Below are positions 15,898 through 22,517 of a stretch of 22,517 nt of DNA, in pieces. The translations under genes were made by a program, and so were the position numbers. Position 1 is the stretch's first letter; every line of letters begins with the position of its first letter. The stretch is from NCBI GenBank assembly GCA_945859975.1, contig CAMAPH010000042.1:1-22517 (forward strand), read 5' to 3'. This stretch comes from Chthonomonas calidirosea. Lineage in GTDB: Bacteria > Armatimonadota > Fimbriimonadia > Fimbriimonadales > Fimbriimonadaceae. A model generated the notes under the pieces. That model ran no database searches. It saw only the letters and a program-made list of their open reading frames with translations, and had not been told where the DNA came from.

Positions 15898-18600
15898 ATG
15901 TTTAGGTTAAAAGGAGTTCTACTGGCAGCCGGAACGCTGGCCTCGGTTTGCGCGATGGCGCAAACCAACCTGTTGCGGGTCGAGATCGGTTCGATTCGAG
16001 AGCGAAATACAATCGCTCAGCGCACCGATATGGCGGTGAAAAAGGTCGCCAAACGATTTGCCGACCTCACCGCCCAAGCGCGCTCAAAGAGCTGGCGTGG
16101 CAAGACCCCGTTCAGCATGCCCATGCGGGTGGAGCTGACGGATAAGGGCAAGGTTTTGCCAACGCCGACCCGAGGCAAGCACGCGGATTTGGCCTTGAGC
16201 TTCGACTCGACTTTTCCGGCAGAGTATCGACAGTTTTTGCAGGACATCTATGAAGCCGCAAAGCCGACTTTGGTGGCGCGATACGGGCAACCGGTGCTAG
16301 GTGGGGCGGTTTCGGTCGTTAATTACGATTCTTCCATCGGTGACCGAGATGCGATTGCGGGCGGGTATTACGTGCCGAACAACGGCGAAGGCCAGCGGCA
16401 GATTCGATTCCCAATCTACTTAAGTCGAGAAGCGGCAGCGGTCAACTTCCTCCACTGCGTGCTGTTGGCTTTTCAGGGCACGACGCCATACGCCTTTGAT
16501 GCTTACCAAGAGGGCTTGGTCCGCGCGGTGATTGCTCGCGTGGCGCGAACTCCCGGCGCACTTCCAGGTGCGGACGCCGAGATTATTGAGCAAGTTTTGT
16601 TTAACAGCTACGAAGTCGGCGGCTTCTATGACTGGCACAACCAACGGGCGCTGGGTGGCTCGGACTTCATCGCTCCGAACTTGATTCGAGAGGCGCTTCC
16701 GCTAGGCGGCACCTATGGCGGGCTGTATTTGCTGCGGTACCGAATGGCTGGCTCGGTTTGGGCGAAAATGCTTGCGGAGTATCCGAGTTTTCCGGAGCAG
16801 TTGAACCTTCGTTTGGCGGCGAATCCGGCGATTGCCAACAGCGAGGCGCTCCTGATTTCGAACAGCAAGGCGATCTTGCAGGACTTGCGTGGAGTGCCGG
16901 GCGAACCGACGGTTGAAGGGGTGCCTTTTGAGGACTGGGTTCGGCGGCAGTACATTTTAGAGGTCGACAACACTTCGGGCACGAAGCTGATGTCGCAAAT
17001 TACGCCGATCACGACCGGCTTGGCCGGACCGGACTATGGCGTGTTCAACGTTGAAGTGCACTACTTCCGGCGCGAGACAAACGGTAACGAGACGCTGCTC
17101 TCGGGAACGTGCTATCCGGTCTTCTGGGATACCGCGTTCAACAACCGAATTAGCACGAGCGCGCAAGACGACCGGATGGACATCGCCGGTGCATACGGAA
17201 GCGTCGGGCCGAACTTTACGGATGGACTCGGCGCGCCATACCGGGTGAACATCGATCTTCCAGTAGGCGATCAGGTGGTTCGGCAGTATTTGCCGGTTGG
17301 CAGCATTGCCACCGCGAGCTTAGTTAAGCCAAGAACGTTCTACGGGACCTTTGCGGGGCGGAACCTCACGCTGGCGGGCACGTATTTGGTCCGGGCCTAC
17401 CTGGATGTGACCGCGCCGCCAATCGCAGAAGCGACCTTGACGAACTATGCCTTCGGCGCTTTGGTGACGACGGATGACTTCCTTCGGCCACGTTCGCTTC
17501 TGATCCGAGTCGTTCACCGATCCACCACCGGAGTGGAGACGACGGTCTTGGAGAGACGGGTGAATAAAGGGCAAGGCGAACTCGCCCTAGATTTGCGAGC
17601 AGATGAGTTTTCCTCCCCGTTTGTCTCTTTGGGCCGGGGTGGAATTCACGCCGTCGGGGTACCGGGCGAGCCATTGACTTCTAGCGCAGCGAAGCTCCTT
17701 GGGATTACCGAGGCCGACTTGTTATTGGCGCGATACAACCCTTCTCAGGCGAAATATGAGCTGTATCCAGACCTTGGGGCGTTCCATTCGGGTCAAGGGT
17801 TCCTTCTTCGCTCGCCGGGGGCGGTTAACCGGGCGGTTCCCGGGCGACGACAACTTGAGCGCGGAAGTTGGGCGCTAAAGCCAGGCTGGAACTTGGTCAC
17901 CGTTCCGTTTGACACGCCGGTGGATATCACGCGGGCGTTGGTGATGTCGGGCACGGGCTTCCCAGTTTCTTGGACAGAAGCCACCGGGACGATTGTTGGG
18001 GCGAACGTGTTTTCGTTCTCCGTTGGAGCGGCAGATGCGAGCTCCGGGGTTCCAGAGACCGGCTCGTTCAAGGGGGCTACTGGGCCGTTGCAGCCTGGGA
18101 TGGCGTACTTCGTGCGATGCCTATCGAGCCAGGGCGCTTTAGTCAGCATCAACGGAGATGCTAGCGCTGCGCCGAGTCGATCTGCAGCAAAGGCACCAGC
18201 GGCGAAGTGGCAGATGAAGCTGGACATTTCCGGCCCGGCCGGTTCGACGGACTGCTACATCGCCACGAGCGGGACGGCGGGAGCGGGGTTTGATGCAAAG
18301 GAAGATTCGACTCTGCCGCCTTCTTTTGGCGGCTTCCAAGCGAAGCTCGCGGGAACGGAATCGCTCTACCGCGACGTTCGGAGAAGCGGAAATCAGCAGA
18401 TTTACACATTGAAACTTGATCAACTTGTTCCTGGGAAGGAGTACAGCATTAAGATGACGCCGGAGATTGGATACACGAACTGGGTGACGCTTTACGATCC
18501 CACGGCGCGGACGAACTTCCGGCCGTATAAGGGAAACACGTACAAGTTCCGCGCGAAGAAGTCGGTTCAGGAGTTCCGCATTACGGTGGTGGGAGCATGA
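15898..18600 (+). CDS. Large secreted/cell-surface protein (900 aa) with a degenerate gluzincin-like N-terminal domain and beta-rich C-terminal repeats
   Basis: Signal peptide MFRLKGVLLAAGTLASVCAMA. Segment NFLHCVLLAF...YQEGLVRAV, surface-protein-type LKPGWNLVTVP repeat, and GFDAKEDSTLPP module. The ORF is secure but the function is inferred. Confidence 0.75.
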   Translation: MFRLKGVLLAAGTLASVCAMAQTNLLRVEIGSIRERNTIAQRTDMAVKKVAKRFADLTAQARSKSWRGKTPFSMPMRVELTDKGKVLPTPTRGKHADLALSFDSTFPAEYRQFLQDIYEAAKPTLVARYGQPVLGGAVSVVNYDSSIGDRDAIAGGYYVPNNGEGQRQIRFPIYLSREAAAVNFLHCVLLAFQGTTPYAFDAYQEGLVRAVIARVARTPGALPGADAEIIEQVLFNSYEVGGFYDWHNQRALGGSDFIAPNLIREALPLGGTYGGLYLLRYRMAGSVWAKMLAEYPSFPEQLNLRLAANPAIANSEALLISNSKAILQDLRGVPGEPTVEGVPFEDWVRRQYILEVDNTSGTKLMSQITPITTGLAGPDYGVFNVEVHYFRRETNGNETLLSGTCYPVFWDTAFNNRISTSAQDDRMDIAGAYGSVGPNFTDGLGAPYRVNIDLPVGDQVVRQYLPVGSIATASLVKPRTFYGTFAGRNLTLAGTYLVRAYLDVTAPPIAEATLTNYAFGALVTTDDFLRPRSLLIRVVHRSTTGVETTVLERRVNKGQGELALDLRADEFSSPFVSLGRGGIHAVGVPGEPLTSSAAKLLGITEADLLLARYNPSQAKYELYPDLGAFHSGQGFLLRSPGAVNRAVPGRRQLERGSWALKPGWNLVTVPFDTPVDITRALVMSGTGFPVSWTEATGTIVGANVFSFSVGAADASSGVPETGSFKGATGPLQPGMAYFVRCLSSQGALVSINGDASAAPSRSAAKAPAAKWQMKLDISGPAGSTDCYIATSGTAGAGFDAKEDSTLPPSFGGFQAKLAGTESLYRDVRRSGNQQIYTLKLDQLVPGKEYSIKMTPEIGYTNWVTLYDPTARTNFRPYKGNTYKFRAKKSVQEFRITVVGA

Positions 18601-19469
18601 GATTTGCTCGGTACGGATTGATGCTAGCGGTGCTGATTGTGCTGCTTGCTTGCGGTGGTGGCGGGGGCGGTGGGTCTTCTCCGGGAACGACGGTGCCGTT
18701 GGCGGGACGCGTGATTAGCGTGGTCACGACCGGGCCGTTGAATCCTGGCGTCACGGTGGCGGCCGGCGGCGCCTCAACAACCACCGAGATCGGGGATGGT
18801 TCGTTTAGTTTCGATGCACCAACGGGGGTCTCGGCCCTCACAACTAGCGCGACTTCGGGCTTCCCGTCGTTCACGTTCAGTTTCCCAGCCGCAACGGGAT
18901 CTACCGACCTGGGCGACCTCTACATTGGGCCAGAGAAAGTGCGGGTGACGGGAACGGTGCGGAACTCAGTCACAAACGCAGTGATCCCGAACGCGTCGAT
19001 TTCGTTTGCGGGTCGGCTGGCCACGACCAATGCGTCGGGCCAGTTTAACTTGGTCGACGTGGCCTATTCCAGCACGACTCAGACCGGGTTCTGGGGCATC
19101 TTTGGCAACGCGACGGCGACCGGGTTCTTTGCGGCGGACTTCAATGCCAATGGCAAAACCGCGAGTGGCGGGGTTGTGACGGTCGAGGACATTTTGCTGG
19201 TTCCGGGTTCGGACGATCCGCCGGGAACGCCCTACAATATCTATGGTCAGGCTTTGCCGGTCGCAACGGGTGACTCGGCGACGGTGAAGCTGCTTCAGGG
19301 TGGCACGCCGATCCGTACAACGACTGCGAGTGCGAATGGCACGTTCTACTTCTGGGTTCCGGCGGGAACGTATACGATTCAGGCCACCAAGGGCGCGGTG
19401 ACGAGCCCCGGTGTGAACGTGACGCTGACCAGCAATAATCAAATTGTTCGTAAAGATGTCAACTTCTGA
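18597..19469 (+). CDS. Lipoprotein with three carboxypeptidase-regulatory-like (prealbumin-fold) repeats
   Basis: Lipobox LLA-C followed by a Gly7 linker. Three units: LAGRVIS...TTTEIGDGSFSF, VTGTVRN...ATTNASGQFNL and IYGQAL...TTASANGTFYF...GTYTIQA. ATGA overlap with the upstream gene. Confidence 0.82.
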   Translation: MRFARYGLMLAVLIVLLACGGGGGGGSSPGTTVPLAGRVISVVTTGPLNPGVTVAAGGASTTTEIGDGSFSFDAPTGVSALTTSATSGFPSFTFSFPAATGSTDLGDLYIGPEKVRVTGTVRNSVTNAVIPNASISFAGRLATTNASGQFNLVDVAYSSTTQTGFWGIFGNATATGFFAADFNANGKTASGGVVTVEDILLVPGSDDPPGTPYNIYGQALPVATGDSATVKLLQGGTPIRTTTASANGTFYFWVPAGTYTIQATKGAVTSPGVNVTLTSNNQIVRKDVNF

Positions 19470-20925
19470 ATCGATCCAGATTGCGACTCGCTATCGAAAC
19501 CAGCGAAGACTGCTTGCCGCGGGCAAGTGGGTTGGTGCGGTTGCGCTCTTGGCGGGGAGCGTTTGGGTGGTTCAGTGGTCGCAGGAACTGGCGAAGGTAG
19601 ATCCGTTTGCGGGCCTTCGTCCGCGGCAAATTCCGGGGCTTCGAGAGGAAGTTGGGATCAAGCTGGAGGACGTCGAATTCTCCTACTATCGCAACGGAAA
19701 GCTATCCACGAAGGCGGACGTTGAAAAATTTGAGATTATTCGCGACCGGATTACCTACGAAATGTCCGGGATTCGGAACGGGGTCATTGCGCAGAAATCT
19801 CCAGAAACCGGTCCGATTCAGTTTGCCGCCGCGACCGCGCTATGGCGAACCGATACCAAGTCGCTGGAAGTTCGGGGGCAGACGCGGATAGCGGGGAAAG
19901 ATTTCGACTTTAAGACCAGCGGATTAACGATTGACGAGGCGAAGAAATTGGTGCGAATGCCGAAGCCCGTTTCCGGTCGCTTGAAGGGAGGGATCGCCCG
20001 AGCAGAAAGCGGGAGCGTGAACCTAAACACAGAGGCGTTCTCGGGCAAGAACATCCGGTTTATCGGGCGCTTACCAGGCGTTTCTCAGGACCCAGACGCG
20101 CCGCAAGAGGCCAAGCGCACGGCCTGGGACGTTCAGTCGGACACGATGGACGACAGCGGCAAAGAGACGCGGATCATGACGTACGTCGAAGCCTCGGCCA
20201 CCGACGGCGAGGTGCTGATTAAGGCGCCTAAGATCTTGTTGGACCGAAAGTCGGACGTTCTCACCGCTTCGGGACGCGTGTTCTATTACAGCGGAAAGGC
20301 GAACATAGTCGCCGATTCGGTGGTGGTGAACCGGAAAGAGAAACGCGCGGTTTTCACTGGCAATGTGGTGATGCTGGTGAAAAAGAAGGAAGAAGAAACG
20401 AACTATAAGCCGCAGGAAGAAGAGCTTCCGCCGTTCAAGCCACTGGTTCCGGACGAGGTGAAGGCTAACCGGCCAGAGGATAGTTTTGGCCCGAGTCAGG
20501 CGGAAAAGGACCTGGACAAGAAGTTGCGCGACGGCGAGACTCTACGGGAATATCCGCTGACGCTGCTGGCAAAAAACATCGACTACGTTTACCGAAAGGG
20601 TTCGCGCTTGGCGAAGATCACCGGCGACCCGCAGGGCAGACAGAACTTGCCGGACAATCGTTGGCGACAAGTTTGGACCTACGAAGCTGAATATAACGGC
20701 GAGACCGAGATTTTGAAGACGTTCAGCCGCGATGGGAAGTTTGAGTCGCGGATGAAGAACAGCATCGGCGACGATCTGGTCGCAAGAATCTTTACCGTCC
20801 ACACGAAAGAGGGCGACGAGCGGTTCTCGGCGGAGAAGATAAAAGGAAAGGTGTATTCCGATCCGGACGACGATTTGCCGCGCGACGATAAGAAGAAAAC
20901 CACCGGAACTACTGGCGGCGGTTAG
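19456..20925 (+). CDS. Membrane-anchored LptC/LptA (OstA)-like beta-jellyroll protein
   Basis: One N-terminal TM helix, an LptC-like segment ([10 protein letters not shown]...LEVRGQTRI...FKTSGLTID) and an OstA-like segment (IKAPKILLD...LTASGRV...IVADSVVVN...AVFTGNVVM). ATG 19456 overlaps the upstream gene by 14 nt. Confidence 0.65.
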   Translation: MSTSESIQIATRYRNQRRLLAAGKWVGAVALLAGSVWVVQWSQELAKVDPFAGLRPRQIPGLREEVGIKLEDVEFSYYRNGKLSTKADVEKFEIIRDRITYEMSGIRNGVIAQKSPETGPIQFAAATALWRTDTKSLEVRGQTRIAGKDFDFKTSGLTIDEAKKLVRMPKPVSGRLKGGIARAESGSVNLNTEAFSGKNIRFIGRLPGVSQDPDAPQEAKRTAWDVQSDTMDDSGKETRIMTYVEASATDGEVLIKAPKILLDRKSDVLTASGRVFYYSGKANIVADSVVVNRKEKRAVFTGNVVMLVKKKEEETNYKPQEEELPPFKPLVPDEVKANRPEDSFGPSQAEKDLDKKLRDGETLREYPLTLLAKNIDYVYRKGSRLAKITGDPQGRQNLPDNRWRQVWTYEAEYNGETEILKTFSRDGKFESRMKNSIGDDLVARIFTVHTKEGDERFSAEKIKGKVYSDPDDDLPRDDKKKTTGTTGGG

Positions 20926-21602
20926 GCTTTAAGGGCCGGGTCGGTCATTCCGAGTTCGGCGAAGGCACGGTTTCGGATTTGGCAACTATCGCAGCGACCG
21001 CAGGGTTGGCCCGTTGCGTCTGGGTCGTAGCAGCTATGGGTCTTTGAGTAATCCACCCCTAGCCGCAGGCCTTCGCGGATGATGTCCGTTTTCGTCAGGT
21101 GGACGAGAGGTGCATGGATCGTTATTTCGGCACCTTCGACTCCAGATTTCGTTGCGAGCCGGGCCATGGATTGGAACGCTTCGATGTAGTCGGGGCGACA
21201 GTCGGGGTAGCCGGAGTAGTCCACGGCGTTGACGCCGACGAAGATGTCGTTCGCACCTACGACTTCGGCGAAGCCGAGGGCGATGCTGAGCATAACGGTA
21301 TTGCGAGCGGGAACGTAGGTCACGGGAATTTCTCCCGCCATCGTGCTCTCGTCCCGGTCTTTGGGGACTTCGATATCGTCGGTGAGCGCGCTGCCGCCAA
21401 GCTTGTTCAGTTCAACTTGAACAAAACGATGGTCGGTCACGCCTTGGCTTGCCGCGGTGGCGCGGGCGGCGTCGAGCTCAACGGCATGGCGTTGGCCGTA
21501 GGTCACGGTGAGGGCGCAGGGGTCGAAGCCTTGCTCCTTAGCCATGGCGAGGACGGTGGCGCTGTCTAGACCGCCGCTGAGGAGCACAACACACTTGGGC
21601 AT
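20922..21602 (-). CDS. queC: 7-cyano-7-deazaguanine (preQ0) synthase
   Basis: [29 protein letters not shown] and the zinc-binding SCY...CGRCDSC are all present in 226 aa. Confidence 0.97.
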   Translation of the reverse strand: MPKCVVLLSGGLDSATVLAMAKEQGFDPCALTVTYGQRHAVELDAARATAASQGVTDHRFVQVELNKLGGSALTDDIEVPKDRDESTMAGEIPVTYVPARNTVMLSIALGFAEVVGANDIFVGVNAVDYSGYPDCRPDYIEAFQSMARLATKSGVEGAEITIHAPLVHLTKTDIIREGLRLGVDYSKTHSCYDPDATGQPCGRCDSCQIRNRAFAELGMTDPALKA

Positions 21603-21608
21603 ATCCGA

Positions 21609-22481
21609 TTATTCCGCGTCAGCTTCCGGCTCAACCGGATCGAGGCCATCGACGAATACGCTGAGGACGGTCGTGTTGTCGGAGCCACCGTCTTGGAGGG
21701 CGAGGCCGATCAGGAACCAGGCGAGTTCGGATGGTCCGAGCCGCGACATGGCGTCGCCAATTGCGGCGTCGCTCACGTGGTTCGTAAGGCCATCACTACA
21801 AAGGACGAACCGATCGCCCGCGAGCAGGTCGTGCTTTTCGACGTCAGGAACGAGAAGATCCTCGGCACCAACGGCGCGAGTGAGGACGTGACGGTGGGGG
21901 TGAACTTCGGCTTCTTCTTTGGTCATCGAGCCGAAGCGGATGCTCTCTTCGACAAAGGTGTGATCACGCGTGAGGCGTTCGCACTTTCCTTCTCGAAGGC
22001 GATAGAGACGGCTGTCGCCGGCTTGGCCTACCCAGATGCTGTTCTCGCGAATGATGAGGGCGGTGAGGGTGGTGCCCATGCCGCGGCGGCCCTGCACCGA
22101 GCGGCCGACGTCGAGGACGTAGCGGTTCGCCGCGCGGATGGCGGCGATGATGGCTTCGATGGGTTCTTCGGCGCTGTGGCTGTAATAGACGTCGATGAAG
22201 GTTTTGGCGGCGAGTTCGCTGGCGATTTGTCCGGCGGCGTGGCCGCCCATGCCGTCACAGACCAGAAAGGCCGATCCGCGCGCGGCGAGGACCGCGTCGT
22301 CTTGAGGGATGTAGTACTCAAACTTGTCTTCGTTGTTCTCTCGAACTCGGCCGAGGTCGCTTTTTGCACCGACCCGAAGCCGAACGCGGGTGGAAAGCTT
22401 TGCCGGTTGAGTGAGCTCGGACGGGGCGTATTCGGCCGTGATGTCGTCCGGCGCGGTTGTTTCCAAAACGGTTTCGTCCAT
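21609..22481 (-). CDS. PP2C/PPM-family Ser/Thr protein phosphatase (Stp1/PrpC type)
   Basis: Motifs SDLGRVRENNED, CDGMGGHAAG, MGTT, GDSRLY, LTRDH, LCSDGL and GGSDNTT. Confidence 0.93.
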   Translation of the reverse strand: MDETVLETTAPDDITAEYAPSELTQPAKLSTRVRLRVGAKSDLGRVRENNEDKFEYYIPQDDAVLAARGSAFLVCDGMGGHAAGQIASELAAKTFIDVYYSHSAEEPIEAIIAAIRAANRYVLDVGRSVQGRRGMGTTLTALIIRENSIWVGQAGDSRLYRLREGKCERLTRDHTFVEESIRFGSMTKEEAEVHPHRHVLTRAVGAEDLLVPDVEKHDLLAGDRFVLCSDGLTNHVSDAAIGDAMSRLGPSELAWFLIGLALQDGGSDNTTVLSVFVDGLDPVEPEADAE

Positions 22482-22517
22482 GGGTCACTCGTACGACGGT
22501 TACAGTCGCTCGGAAGG

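Noticed and set aside
18653..18673. G-rich run as a phase-variable repeat
   Set aside because: Mixed Gly codons encoding an ordinary post-lipobox Gly linker.
20922..21602. queC as a Qat/CBASS/Dpd defence component
   Set aside because: Canonical length and motifs, and no ATPase, TatD, cyclase or dpd genes nearby.
1..22517. CRISPR array, tRNA, rRNA or known riboswitch
   Set aside because: No regularly spaced repeats or recognisable RNA signatures were seen by eye, and the intergenic spaces are short. An Infernal/tRNAscan run would be needed to exclude them formally.

Overview
Gene-dense, GC-rich bacterial chromosome window. The gene set and protein styles suggest Armatimonadota/Fimbriimonadaceae, which is inference only. 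In order it holds: the 3' end of aconitase A; a SnoaL/ketosteroid-isomerase-like gene; a 1296-aa secreted GH81 beta-1,3-glucanase with a CBM38-like insert, a CBM6-like module and a fascin-like module; a Sec-signal protein ending in a DUF1559/prepilin-associated domain; a small membrane ORF; alaS; a divergent DUF6614-like gene; a long-chain acyl-CoA synthetase; an MntA/HepT toxin-antitoxin pair followed by two orphan ORFs; a secreted S9 peptidase; a three-gene overlapping envelope operon; and the convergent queC and PP2C phosphatase genes. No rRNA, tRNA, CRISPR array, transposase or integrase was seen. The best candidates for something undescribed are (1) the 15898-20925 envelope operon (degenerate gluzincin-like secreted protein, repeat lipoprotein, membrane-anchored LptC/LptA-like fusion), (2) a GAAC/GAAT motif 33-42 nt upstream of many start codons that mostly lack a Shine-Dalgarno, suggesting a lineage-specific leaderless promoter, and (3) the domain-inserted GH81. 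All family calls come from motif recognition by eye, not database searches.
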